In this document: in pieces, positions 29,515 through 39,214 of the stretch
Layout of the letters: each line of letters begins with the position of its first letter
How positions within the stretch are numbered: position 1 is the first letter of the stretch
Assembly (NCBI GenBank): GCA_965248925.1
Contig: CBDFLE010000005.1
Location: forward strand, 768,001-832,000
DNA length: 64,000 nucleotides
Reading direction: 5' to 3'
Origin: Candidatus Multivoradales bacterium
Lineage (GTDB): Bacteria > Acidobacteriota > Thermoanaerobaculia > Multivoradales > J023
Translations under genes and position numbers: made by a program
The notes under the pieces: generated by a model
Database searches by the model: none
What the model was told of the DNA's origin: nothing
What the model saw: only the letters and a program-made list of their open reading frames with translations

Positions 29515-30171
29515 ATGGCATCGTTCGAGGTAGGACAAAAGGTGGTTTACCCCAATCACGGCGTCAGCATGATCGAGGATATCTCGGCAATGACGTTCGA
29601 CGAGACCGAACAGACGTTCTTCCACTTGCGTCTGCTGTCCAATAATTCAAAGGTCATGGTGCCGGAAGAGAATCTCGATTTAGTAGGTCTGCGCCCTCTC
29701 TGCACCCAGAAGGAGATCCGCACTCTGCTCGGAATTCTCGAGAACGGCAAGATCGACACCTACAAAGATTGGAAGGGTCGCTACAAGCAGAATCTCGACA
29801 AGATGAAGACCGGCCTGCTGACTGAAGTGGCAGAGGTGCTCAAGAACCTCTGTTTGGTGAGTCAGAAGAAGAGCCTCTCCTTCCGCGAGAAGAAGATGTA
29901 CGAGCGAGCCAAGTACTTCATCGTCAGCGAAGTGGCCCATGTCAAGGACGTCGACGAGGAAGCCGCTGACAAGATCGTCGAAGAGCAGCTCGAGAACAGC
30001 TTGGCGAAGCTGGCTGCAGCCAAGCAGCTGGCCCTGGAGCAGGAAGAGAAGGCCGGTGCTGCTGAAGCAGGGGATGAGCTTGCTGCGGACACGGAGAACG
30101 AGCTGGAGAGTGGGAAGGCCCTCGCTGGCACTGACAACTCCACCGAAGTATCCAAGGCGGTCGCCAGCTGA
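29515..30171 (+). CDS. carD: CarD/CdnL family RNAP-binding regulator
   Basis: FEVGQKVVYPNHGV, VMVP...VGLR, WKGRYK, LSFREKKMYERA; acidic tail. Confidence 0.92.
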   Translation: MASFEVGQKVVYPNHGVSMIEDISAMTFDETEQTFFHLRLLSNNSKVMVPEENLDLVGLRPLCTQKEIRTLLGILENGKIDTYKDWKGRYKQNLDKMKTGLLTEVAEVLKNLCLVSQKKSLSFREKKMYERAKYFIVSEVAHVKDVDEEAADKIVEEQLENSLAKLAAAKQLALEQEEKAGAAEAGDELAADTENELESGKALAGTDNSTEVSKAVAS

Positions 30172-30198
30172 CCATACCGTGCTCTACCGGGCTCCACT

Positions 30199-30246
30199 AG
30201 CTATGGAAAAGCCGCTCCTCGATGGCGAGCGGCTTTTTCCATAGCT
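30199..30246 (+). terminator. Intrinsic terminator after carD
   Basis: AGCTATGGAAAAGCCGCTC-loop-GAGCGGCTTTTTCCATAGCT. Confidence 0.85.
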
Positions 30247-30325
30247 GCTAGTATCGCGCTCCACCCTGCTCGCTCGCTCGCCGATCCCTTCGCGGTGGAG
30301 CCAGCAGCCAGCCCAGGAGCTTTGC

Positions 30326-30916
30326 TTGAATAGAGACAACATCCTCTTCACCGTCGGCGGATTGCTGGTTGGCTTTATTGTTGGCTATATCGGCCATGAA
30401 CTCATGCAAGAACGTCAGCCGGCACGCCTGATAGCAGGAAGCGCTGCCGCCACGGCAGCTCCGGCTACGGCAGGCAACCCGCCGGCCGCCAGCCCGGCAG
30501 CGGCGATGGAACGGGTTCAGCGTCTGCGAGCGCATGTCGAGGCCAATCCCGACGACCACGAGTCGGTCTTGTTGTTGGCCAACATGAACTACGAGATTCG
30601 CAATTGGAGTCGCGCCGCTGAACTCTTCAAGCATTACAACACCCTCGCACCTGGCGATCCGGAGGCCATGACCGACCTCGGCCTGTGCTTGCGGGCGCTC
30701 GGCGACAGCCAAGGCGCGTTGGAGTTGTTCAATCGGGTCGAGACGCTTGCCCCGGACTACTGGCAGGCCTACTTCAACGAGATCATCGTGCTGGCTTTCG
30801 ATCTCGGCGATCTCGAAAGGGCAGTTGTAGAACTCGCGGTGCTGCAGCAGCTGGTCCCAGAAAATTCCGACGTGCAACGACTTGCCGCTGAAGTGGAGCA
30901 GCGGCAACAAGGCTGA
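30326..30916 (+). CDS. Membrane-anchored TPR protein
   Basis: TTG start after AGGAG; N-terminal TM; TPR motifs LANMNYE and TDLGLCL. Confidence 0.85.
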   Translation: MNRDNILFTVGGLLVGFIVGYIGHELMQERQPARLIAGSAAATAAPATAGNPPAASPAAAMERVQRLRAHVEANPDDHESVLLLANMNYEIRNWSRAAELFKHYNTLAPGDPEAMTDLGLCLRALGDSQGALELFNRVETLAPDYWQAYFNEIIVLAFDLGDLERAVVELAVLQQLVPENSDVQRLAAEVEQRQQG

Positions 30917-30920
30917 GCCC

Positions 30921-31193
30921 TTGCGAATCTTCCTCCTACTGGCCATCGCTGTCAGCATCGTCTACGTCTTGGATCGCCAGAGCCGCCGCTGGTTGCAAGG
31001 CATCGGCAAGGCGATGGCCGAGCCGATGGGCCGATCTACCAAGTCGGCTGGCCACCAGCCAGCGTCACCTGTGGGTCGGCTGGTGGTTTGCGCGGGCTGT
31101 GGCGTCCGTGTCGCCGAGAGCCTCGGCGAGCGCACTGCTAGCGGCTCGTTTTACTGCTCCGAGAGCTGCCGGCCAGCTGCGGATGGCCGCTGA
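30921..31193 (+). CDS. Small TM plus zinc-binding protein (PP0621-like)
   Basis: N-terminal TM, CAGCGVRV...FYCSESC. Confidence 0.7.
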   Translation: MRIFLLLAIAVSIVYVLDRQSRRWLQGIGKAMAEPMGRSTKSAGHQPASPVGRLVVCAGCGVRVAESLGERTASGSFYCSESCRPAADGR

Positions 31194-33681
31194 AGAAGCC
31201 ACCAGCGGCTTGCTGTTTGGCGACTTGGCGGTGTCTCGGGATGATGAGCGACCGCTTGAGGAGATGGCGCAAGTTGCTGAAGTCGCGGTTCCGGCCCCCA
31301 TTCACCAGACCCTGTCCTATGGCCTGCCGGCCTCCCTCAGCTCGCTTGCGGCAGTCGGTTGCCGGGTGCGGGTATCCCTTGGCAAGCGACGGGTAGTTGG
31401 GGTCATCTTGCGGCTTCATCAAGAGCCGCCGAGTGGTATGCGGCTCAAACCGATCGAAGAGATTCTCGATCTCGAGCCGGTACTAACCACCGAGCTACTG
31501 CAACTGGCGAAGTTCATTGCCGACTACTACCTGGCGCCGATCGGCGACGCCATCCGCGTGCTCTTGCCCAGCCGCTTGCCGCCGTGGGGAGACCGGCGTA
31601 TTTCGTTGACCGATGCCGGTGCTCTGGCACTACCTCGGAGCAGCGGTGAGGAACAGCTCAAGCAGGCTCTGCTCAGCCGTCGCCGAGTGCGGGTGGCGGA
31701 GCTACAACGAGATTTGAAAATTAGCGATTTGGGCCGGCTGGTGGAAGAGCTGCGGGCTGCAGGTAAGCTGTCGATTGACGAGCCCGGACGCAGTGGCGTT
31801 CGCTACATCAAGGCGGTCGAGCTGCGGCCCGGTGATCTCGACCAACAGCTCGCTCTGTGTGGCCGCTCGGCCAAAGGCCGTGCTGTGGTGGATTACTTGC
31901 ACGCACTGTCCCGGCCGGTGACCGTGCGCGATCTCCAGTCGGCGGTGGGTTGCGGTGCCGGGGTCGTGCGACGACTTGAGCAGCTCGGCCTGCTACGCCA
32001 CTTCACCCAGCCGGAGAGATTGTCCCTCGGTCACCACCGCATGAGTGTCGAGGAACCGCGCGAGATCATCTTGCGGGACGATCAAGAAGCCGCCGTCGAA
32101 CCACTGATGCAGGGCCTAGCCAGCGCCGCTTACGCTCCCTTCATGTTGCATGGGATGACCGGTTCGGGTAAGACCGAGGTCTACTTGCGGGTCGCTCGGC
32201 GGTCTCTTGATCAAGGACGGGGCGTTTTGCTGCTGGTGCCGGAAATCGCTCTGGTCCCTTCTTTGGCGGCAGTTACTCGCGAGCGCTTTGGCCGTGATCT
32301 TGCCGTGCTGCACTCCAATTTGTCGTCGGCTGAGCGGCAACAGGAGTGGGAGAGGGTACGCCAGGGCGAAGCGCGAGTGGTGCTTGGCCCACGCTCCGCA
32401 TTATTTGCTCCGCTGCAGAACATCGGACTGATCGTAGTCGACGAAGAGCACGACGGCTCCTACAAGCAAGACGCCTCGCCACGCTACAACGGCCGCGACC
32501 TCGCTCTCTGGCGGGCCCGTGCCGAGGGAGCGGTGGCGGTACTGGTGTCGGCGACTCCGAGCTTGGAGAGTCGTCACAACATAGTTACCGGCAAACTGGC
32601 GCCGCTGGTCCTCACCCGCCGTGCTGGTGGAGCGGAGCTACCTACCGGGGTGCTGGTTGACCTGCGCCAAGAGAAGCTTTCCCGCCGTCCCGGCGAGGTG
32701 CATTTCTCGGCCCGCCTGCGAGGCGAAATCGGCGCCGCCTTGGAAGCCGGCGATCAGATCATTCTGATGCGCAATCGGCGCGGCTACTCGCCGGTGCTGC
32801 TGTGTCGCGCCTGTGGCGAGGACTTTCGCTGCGAAGACTGCGGTCTGCCGCAGACATTTCACCGCCGACAGCGGGCCTTGGTGTGTCACTACTGCGCTAG
32901 CCAACGCTCGGTGCCGCGGGCTTGCCCGGCTTGCCAGCAGGAGGCGCTGGAACCGATCGGCGCCGGCACCGAGAGGGTGGAGGAGCAGTTCAACGAGATC
33001 TTCCCCGGGGTGACAGCTGATGTCTTGGACGCCGACGCCGCCCGCCGACGAGGTGGCGCCGCCGCCGTTCTGGAACGCTTCGGCAGTGGCCGCTCGCAAG
33101 TGTTGATCGGCACTCAAATGGTCTCCAAGGGTCACCACTTCCCACGCGTTTCGCTGGCCGCGGTGCTGCACGCCGATACCTATCTCGGCTTTCCCGACTT
33201 TCGCGCCGTCGAACGAACCTACGCCCTGCTGGTGCAGCTAGGCGGCCGGGCCGGTCGCGGCCAGCGGCCCGGCAAAGTGGTAATTCAGACCTACCATCCC
33301 GACCACTACGCCATCCGTGCCGCCTTGGAGCACGACGACGAGGCCTTCGCCAAGGCAGAGATGCGCTTTCGCCGGGTGTTCCAATATCCACCCTTCAGCC
33401 GCATGGTGCAGTTACTGAGCCAACACCGCGACCGCCAGCGGGCGGCCGACCTGCTGCGCGATCTCAGTCAGCGCCTGCGGCGCCACCCGGCGGCAAGAGA
33501 CCTGCGGATCACCGGGCCGGCACCGGCCGCGCACGAGAAGTTGCGCGGGCTGTGGCGCTTTCAGCTCTTGCTGCGAGGACCCAATGGCAGCCATCTGCGG
33601 CGGCTGGTCAGAGAAGTAGCGCTGGCCGATGGAGCGTTGCCTGAACTGACAATCGACGTCGATCCTTTCGATCTGCTTTGA
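31183..33681 (+). CDS. priA: Primosomal protein N'
   Basis: GMTGSGKTEVY, LVPEIAL, DEEHD, SATPS, four CxxC, GTQMVSKG, QLGGRAGR, IDVDP. Confidence 0.98.
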   Translation: MAAEEATSGLLFGDLAVSRDDERPLEEMAQVAEVAVPAPIHQTLSYGLPASLSSLAAVGCRVRVSLGKRRVVGVILRLHQEPPSGMRLKPIEEILDLEPVLTTELLQLAKFIADYYLAPIGDAIRVLLPSRLPPWGDRRISLTDAGALALPRSSGEEQLKQALLSRRRVRVAELQRDLKISDLGRLVEELRAAGKLSIDEPGRSGVRYIKAVELRPGDLDQQLALCGRSAKGRAVVDYLHALSRPVTVRDLQSAVGCGAGVVRRLEQLGLLRHFTQPERLSLGHHRMSVEEPREIILRDDQEAAVEPLMQGLASAAYAPFMLHGMTGSGKTEVYLRVARRSLDQGRGVLLLVPEIALVPSLAAVTRERFGRDLAVLHSNLSSAERQQEWERVRQGEARVVLGPRSALFAPLQNIGLIVVDEEHDGSYKQDASPRYNGRDLALWRARAEGAVAVLVSATPSLESRHNIVTGKLAPLVLTRRAGGAELPTGVLVDLRQEKLSRRPGEVHFSARLRGEIGAALEAGDQIILMRNRRGYSPVLLCRACGEDFRCEDCGLPQTFHRRQRALVCHYCASQRSVPRACPACQQEALEPIGAGTERVEEQFNEIFPGVTADVLDADAARRRGGAAAVLERFGSGRSQVLIGTQMVSKGHHFPRVSLAAVLHADTYLGFPDFRAVERTYALLVQLGGRAGRGQRPGKVVIQTYHPDHYAIRAALEHDDEAFAKAEMRFRRVFQYPPFSRMVQLLSQHRDRQRAADLLRDLSQRLRRHPAARDLRITGPAPAAHEKLRGLWRFQLLLRGPNGSHLRRLVREVALADGALPELTIDVDPFDLL

Positions 33682-33743
33682 GGCGCCAGCCCGCATCTGC
33701 ACAGACCTTTCATGGCGTTCTCTCACCGCTGCTCAGGCGGTCG

Positions 33744-33773
33744 TTGACCCACCCGTGAGCCCTCTGCTAGCGT
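33744..33773 (+). promoter_or_regulatory. Putative promoter of accA (leaderless)
   Basis: TTGACC-18 nt-TAGCGT with an extended -10 TG, 6 nt before the ATG at 33780. Confidence 0.55.
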
Positions 33774-33779
33774 GCCTGC

Positions 33780-34733
33780 ATGCGGGCAGCGGAAAGTTCT
33801 TTTGAAGGGCCTCTCATCGAACTCCGGCAACGGATCGAGGAGTTGGAGGGCTACCCTCAAGGTAGCGGCCACGAAGCCGAGCTAGAGCGCTTGCGAGGCC
33901 GCTTGCTGAAGACCACCAAAGATGTTTTCAGCAAGCTGACCCCGTGGCAGAAGACCCTGGTGGCGCGGCATTTCGACCGCCCGTACACCCTGGACTACAT
34001 TGACTATTTGATGGACGAGTGGGTCGAGCTACACGGCGACCGCAACTTCTCAGACGACCCGGCTATAGTCGCCGGTTTCGCCCGTTTTCGCGGCCGTTCA
34101 GTGGCGGTGATCGGCCACCAGAAGGGGCGCGGCACCAAAGGCCGGATTCGGCGTAACTTCGGTCAAGCGAGACCCGAGGGCTATCGCAAGGCCTTGCGCA
34201 TCATGCGCTTGGCGGAGAAGTTCTCACGTCCAATCCTGACTTTTATCGACACCCCCGGCGCTTATCCGGGATTGGGTGCTGAAGAACGCGGTCAGGCCGA
34301 AGCCATCGCCCGCAATCTGATCGAAATGGCCGCCCTGAAGGTGCCGGTGGTGGTCACCATCACCGGCGAGGGCGGAAGCGGGGGCGCTCTGGCCCTCGGC
34401 GTGGGAAATCGGGTCTTGGTGCTCGAATATTCGGTCTACTCTGTGATCTCCCCAGAGGGCTGCGCGGCGATCCTGTGGAAGGATCAAGGCCGCAAGGCCG
34501 ACGCCGCAGCCGCCCTACGCTTGACCGCTCCCGACCTCGAACGCCTGGGGGTGATCGATGGCATCATCACCGAGCCTCCCGGTGGCGCCCACACCGACCC
34601 GGCCGCCGCCGCCGCCGCTCTTGGCGACCAGCTCGACAAGAGCCTCGACGAGCTGGTCGAATTGGATCCCCAGGCGCTGGTCGATCAGCGCTACAGCAAA
34701 TTCCGCTCCCTGGGTATGTTCGAAGAGCGATAG
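33780..34733 (+). CDS. accA: Acetyl-CoA carboxylase carboxyltransferase alpha
   Basis: ELHGDR, GHQKG, PEGYRKA, IDTPGAYPG, GEGGSGGAL, SVISPEGCA. Confidence 0.99.
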   Translation: MRAAESSFEGPLIELRQRIEELEGYPQGSGHEAELERLRGRLLKTTKDVFSKLTPWQKTLVARHFDRPYTLDYIDYLMDEWVELHGDRNFSDDPAIVAGFARFRGRSVAVIGHQKGRGTKGRIRRNFGQARPEGYRKALRIMRLAEKFSRPILTFIDTPGAYPGLGAEERGQAEAIARNLIEMAALKVPVVVTITGEGGSGGALALGVGNRVLVLEYSVYSVISPEGCAAILWKDQGRKADAAAALRLTAPDLERLGVIDGIITEPPGGAHTDPAAAAAALGDQLDKSLDELVELDPQALVDQRYSKFRSLGMFEER

Positions 34734-34737
34734 GGCA

Positions 34738-36426
34738 CTGCGAGCCTCCATCGTCTGGTCCCAAGCGGCCACACCCCCCACACCAGCACTCTCTGAGGCG
34801 GGCTGTCCCGCTTGGTTTGCTGAACTCCTGGCGCGCCGTGGTGTCGACCACCCGCTGGCCGCCAGCACTTTCCTGCAACCGAGTCTGGAGCAGCTGCACG
34901 ACCCTTTCTTGTTGGCCGGCATGCAACAAGCGGTCGAGCGCCTGCTGGCCGCCAAGCAGCAGGCTGAGCCGGTGGCGGTAGTGGGGGATTACGATGTCGA
35001 TGGGGTTTCAGGCACTGCCCTGCTGGTAGCGGTACTGCGCGCCTGCGGCCTCGAGACCCATCCGATCCTGCCGCACCGACTGCACGACGGCTATGGCTTT
35101 CAGCCAGTGCATGCGGAGCGAGCTCAGGAGCTGGGCTGCCGCTTGGTGGTCACGGTTGATTGCGGGACCACCTCGCTCGCGGCCTGCCAGCGAGCGCAGG
35201 AACTTGGTCTGCAAGTGATCATCACCGACCATCATTTACCGGGTCCCGAACTGCCGCCAGGAGCCTTGCTGATCAATCCTCAGCAAGAGAGTTGCAACTA
35301 TCCCTTTAGTGACCTCTCAGGCGCTGGCCTGGCGCTCAAGCTGGCCAGTGCCTTGGCCAGCGCTTGCCATCTCTCGATCGATCCTCAACGCTTGCTGCGC
35401 ATTGCCTGTCTGGGCACGGTTGCCGACATGGTGCCGCTGCGAGGAGAAAATCGGGTGATTGCCGCGATCGGCCTGCGCGAGTTGGCCAAGACCCGCTCGC
35501 CGGGCTTGCAAGCCCTGATCACCGCCGCCGGGCTTCGGCCGCCGCTGGCGGCTGCGGATATCGGTTTTCGCCTGGGCCCGCGGCTCAACGCCCCCGGTCG
35601 CCTGGGTTCGGCAGAACCCGCCCTGGAACTTCTGCTCTGCCGCGATCCGCAACGCGCCCAGCAGCTTGCTCAAGAACTAGAAGCCGCCAATCGTCAACGC
35701 CAGGAAGCTGAGCGGCAGGTGACGGAAGAAGCCTTTGCCGGCGCCGAGTCAGAGGCGGAATTGCCACCGATCATTGTCGCTTGGAGCGACTCCTGGCATC
35801 GCGGCGTGGTTGGAGTAGCGGCTGGACGGTTAGCTCGCCAACTGCACCGGCCGACCATTCTACTGGCGGTCGATGGCGGGATGGCGGTAGGAAGTGGCCG
35901 TAGCATTCCAGGCATTCATCTTTACGATTTTCTTTCCCCTTGGCAGGATCGCCTGGAGCGCTTTGGCGGTCATGCACAGGCGATCGGCATGAGTGCCGAG
36001 GTGGCGCGACTCGAAGAGCTGCGCGATGGCTGGCAGTTGGCGGCCGCCGATTGGGGTGAGCAGTTGGGGGAGAAGTCCTACGAATATGAACTCGAGCTGG
36101 CGGTCCGAACGGTCACTTCGCGGTTCTATCAGCAGTTACGGCGCCTCGAACCTTTTGGCCAAGGCAATCCGCAGCCCTTGCTGCGGATTAGCGGTCCGTT
36201 GCGCCTGGTCGGCTCGCCAAGGATTTTTGGCCGTGGCCACCTGAGTGGTGAGGCAGTCGCCGCGGATGGCGGTAGAATACGCCTGCTGGGTTGGGGATGG
36301 GCCGAGCGGCAAGCGGACCTCGACGGGGAATTCGAGCTCTTGGGGTACCTTGAGGAAGATCGCTACCGCGGTGGCCTGGTCCTGCGCCTGGTCGACAGCC
36401 GGCCTGCGAGCGAACTAGCAGCATGA
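34738..36426 (+). CDS. recJ: ssDNA exonuclease RecJ (start uncertain, possibly CTG)
   Basis: GDYDVDG, TVDCG, ITDHH, GTVAD..PL..ENR, GSGRS, FGGH, LEPFGQGNP. Confidence 0.95.
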   Translation: MRASIVWSQAATPPTPALSEAGCPAWFAELLARRGVDHPLAASTFLQPSLEQLHDPFLLAGMQQAVERLLAAKQQAEPVAVVGDYDVDGVSGTALLVAVLRACGLETHPILPHRLHDGYGFQPVHAERAQELGCRLVVTVDCGTTSLAACQRAQELGLQVIITDHHLPGPELPPGALLINPQQESCNYPFSDLSGAGLALKLASALASACHLSIDPQRLLRIACLGTVADMVPLRGENRVIAAIGLRELAKTRSPGLQALITAAGLRPPLAAADIGFRLGPRLNAPGRLGSAEPALELLLCRDPQRAQQLAQELEAANRQRQEAERQVTEEAFAGAESEAELPPIIVAWSDSWHRGVVGVAAGRLARQLHRPTILLAVDGGMAVGSGRSIPGIHLYDFLSPWQDRLERFGGHAQAIGMSAEVARLEELRDGWQLAAADWGEQLGEKSYEYELELAVRTVTSRFYQQLRRLEPFGQGNPQPLLRISGPLRLVGSPRIFGRGHLSGEAVAADGGRIRLLGWGWAERQADLDGEFELLGYLEEDRYRGGLVLRLVDSRPASELAA

Positions 36427-38474
36427 TGAGCCAAACCACCACACCACCTAGAGCGCGAGTGAAAGCCAAACGGCCATTCGCCTGGCTGCGCCGGTTGATG
36501 TTGGTATTGGCGCTGCTGATGATTGTCGGCATTACTATCTTGTTGCTGGCCTACCGTTTCGCCAGCAGTGGCTCCGGCGGCGGTAGCAGCGCCTTGAGCA
36601 GCGGCGTCAACACGGATCCTGAGGTCCGGGTCAGCGGCACTCGCTTTGACTTCACCCAGACTAGCGAAGGCCGGCCGATCTATCGCATCCGCGCCGAGAC
36701 CGACCAACACACTGTCGATGGCACAATCCAACTGGGCCAAGTAGATCTTGAAATCTACCGCCAAGACGGCTCCTCCTACTTTGTGCGCAGCGAGCAAGCA
36801 GTTTTCCGCGAGGACGGCGGCGAGGCCGTGCTGCGGGGCAATGTAGTGCTGAGTGGCTGGGATTCTCTGGTCCTCAAGACCCGCGAGCTGCACCTGCGAT
36901 CTGGTGGCGAGGTGCTATACAGCGATGGCAAGGTACGCTTCGCTTATGCCCCCGACCTGGAGGGCCAGGCGTCGAAGTTGCGGGTCGATTTTCGCTCCGA
37001 TTCAATCGTACTCAGCGACGGAGTCCACATCCGGAGCATTCCCGGCGCGGCTAACTTCCTGCGGTTGGACAGTGAACGCCTCTACTACCAACCGAACGAT
37101 GGGCTGATCCGCGCCCATGGCGGTGCTGTTCTGGTTCGCGATCAACAGCGCATCGAGGGCGAAACCCTGACTGTTTTCTTCCAAGACGATCTGAACAGTC
37201 TGAAGACTCTGCGAGCGCGTTGGGATGTTCGAGGCGTGCTGACCAGCGCCGGCGATCTCGGAGCCCGTACCCAGGCCGAGATCTCGGGCTACAACTTGAC
37301 TTTGCATTTCGACGAGGCGAGCGGCGAGCCCACCCGGCTTGACCTGGAAGGATCGGCCGAGAGTGGGCCGGCTCAATTCAGCGTGGTCGACGACAGCGGC
37401 CTCGGCCGGCAGTTGCTCGGCAGCCACCTGACCGGCCACTTCGGCGGTGGTCGCCTGCAAACCCTCTCCGGGGCGGGGAAGCCGCTGCGTATCACCGAAG
37501 TCGTCGATGTTGATCCGCCCTATATCTTGCGCCGGCTCTGCGCGCGGCGGGCCGAGGCTCGCTTTCTCGCCGATGGTAGCCTGGCGCTGATCACCCTCGA
37601 AGAGCAAGTCGAGCTGCAAGACCGCGAAGTTCAGCTCAGCGGCGGCGATCGAGCAACGCTCGATATTGTCGCTGGCAAAGTGGCGATCCAAGGCGCCGAG
37701 GTGGCACTGTACAGCGAGCGCGGGGAAGTTATCGCGCCCAGTCTGGAATACAACCGCAGGTCGGGGCTGATTCGCGGCCGCGGCGGCGTACGGACGGTCT
37801 TGCCCGCGGGCTCGCTCAACGCCCTGGAGAGGACTCCCCTGGGCCAAGGCTCGGGGCCGATTAGGATCGAGTCGAAGGAGGCGGTGTGGAATCTGTCGCC
37901 GCCGAGTTTCTCCTTCCTCGGCGGGGTCCGCGCTTGGCGTGGCGACAGCCTGCTGCTGGCCGACCAGTTGCGCGGCGAACAGCAGCTCGACCAACTGGCG
38001 GCCAGCGGCGAGGTCAGCAGCGTGTGGATCCCAGCAGGCGGCGATCTGCTGGGCGAGGCGGCGCAGCCGATCAAGGTCAAGGCCGAGCGTCTGAGCTATC
38101 GCGGCGCTGATTTGGCGTTGGTCTATGACGGCAATGTGCGGGTCGAGCAAGGGCAGAGGATTCTCAGCTGCCGCGAGCTCACCGTCGAACTATCAGCCGC
38201 CAGCCGCCAGGCCGAGCGCATGTACTGCCGAGATTCGGTACGTCTCGACGATCCTGTAGCAAGTCGGCGGGTGTTCGGCGATTCGGCGATCTACACTCTA
38301 GCGCGGCGCGAAGTCGAGGTCTTCGGCAAGGAAGTACGGTTGGTTGATGGCCAGGGAAACGAGCTTTCTGGCCGCTATTTGATTTACGATCTGAGTCTCG
38401 GCACCGTCGCCCTCAGTGGCAAACCGCCGGTCGATCACGCGTCACAGAACCCAGCGAGTGCGCCCTCTCGATGA
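36423..38474 (+). CDS. LPS transport periplasmic protein, extended LptC/LptA(OstA)-type
   Basis: Single N-terminal TM; repeated beta-jellyroll motifs ([25 protein letters not shown]); directly upstream of lptB. Confidence 0.75.
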   Translation: MMSQTTTPPRARVKAKRPFAWLRRLMLVLALLMIVGITILLLAYRFASSGSGGGSSALSSGVNTDPEVRVSGTRFDFTQTSEGRPIYRIRAETDQHTVDGTIQLGQVDLEIYRQDGSSYFVRSEQAVFREDGGEAVLRGNVVLSGWDSLVLKTRELHLRSGGEVLYSDGKVRFAYAPDLEGQASKLRVDFRSDSIVLSDGVHIRSIPGAANFLRLDSERLYYQPNDGLIRAHGGAVLVRDQQRIEGETLTVFFQDDLNSLKTLRARWDVRGVLTSAGDLGARTQAEISGYNLTLHFDEASGEPTRLDLEGSAESGPAQFSVVDDSGLGRQLLGSHLTGHFGGGRLQTLSGAGKPLRITEVVDVDPPYILRRLCARRAEARFLADGSLALITLEEQVELQDREVQLSGGDRATLDIVAGKVAIQGAEVALYSERGEVIAPSLEYNRRSGLIRGRGGVRTVLPAGSLNALERTPLGQGSGPIRIESKEAVWNLSPPSFSFLGGVRAWRGDSLLLADQLRGEQQLDQLAASGEVSSVWIPAGGDLLGEAAQPIKVKAERLSYRGADLALVYDGNVRVEQGQRILSCRELTVELSAASRQAERMYCRDSVRLDDPVASRRVFGDSAIYTLARREVEVFGKEVRLVDGQGNELSGRYLIYDLSLGTVALSGKPPVDHASQNPASAPSR

Positions 38475-39202
38475 GCGAAGTGAAAGTTCTCTCGGCCCAC
38501 CAGCTGAAAAAGGTCTACCGCGGCCGGGCAGTGGTCAACGAGGTCTCCCTTGATGTCAGCCAAGGAGAGATCGTCGGCCTGTTGGGTCCCAACGGCGCCG
38601 GCAAGACCACCACCTTCTACATGGTGGTGGGGCTGACGCCCCCTGATGCCGGCGAGGTGATCCTCGGCGACGTCGATATCACCGCCTTGCCGATGTATCT
38701 GCGGGCCCAGCGAGGCATCAGCTACCTGCCGCAAGAGCCTTCGGTGTTTCGCAAGATGTCAGTCGAGGCGAATCTAGTCGCCATCCTCGAGACTTTGGGC
38801 TTGCGCCGCGCCGAACAGAAGCGGCGGGTGGAGTTTCTGCTGCAGGAGTTCGGTCTCGATCGAGTGCGGAAGAATCCTGGATACACCCTCTCGGGGGGCG
38901 AGCGGCGGCGGGTGGAGATCGCCCGCGCGCTGGCCATCGACCCTCTCTTCGTGCTCCTCGACGAGCCCTTCGCCGGCATCGATCCGATCGCGGTGCTCGA
39001 CATTCAGCGCATTGTGCGGTATCTCAAGGAGATGGGCATCGGCGTGCTGATTACCGACCACAACGTTCGAGAAACATTGAAGATTACCGATCGCGCCTAT
39101 ATCATCAACAACGGTGAGATTCTCCGCTCCGGATCACCGACAGAGCTTTCCTCCGATCCACAGGTGCGCAAGATTTACCTCGGCGAAGAGTTCAGTCTTT
39201 AG
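38471..39202 (+). CDS. lptB: LPS export ABC ATPase
   Basis: [44 protein letters not shown]. Confidence 0.98.
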   Translation: MSEVKVLSAHQLKKVYRGRAVVNEVSLDVSQGEIVGLLGPNGAGKTTTFYMVVGLTPPDAGEVILGDVDITALPMYLRAQRGISYLPQEPSVFRKMSVEANLVAILETLGLRRAEQKRRVEFLLQEFGLDRVRKNPGYTLSGGERRRVEIARALAIDPLFVLLDEPFAGIDPIAVLDIQRIVRYLKEMGIGVLITDHNVRETLKITDRAYIINNGEILRSGSPTELSSDPQVRKIYLGEEFSL

Positions 39203-39214
39203 GGGCTTACGACT

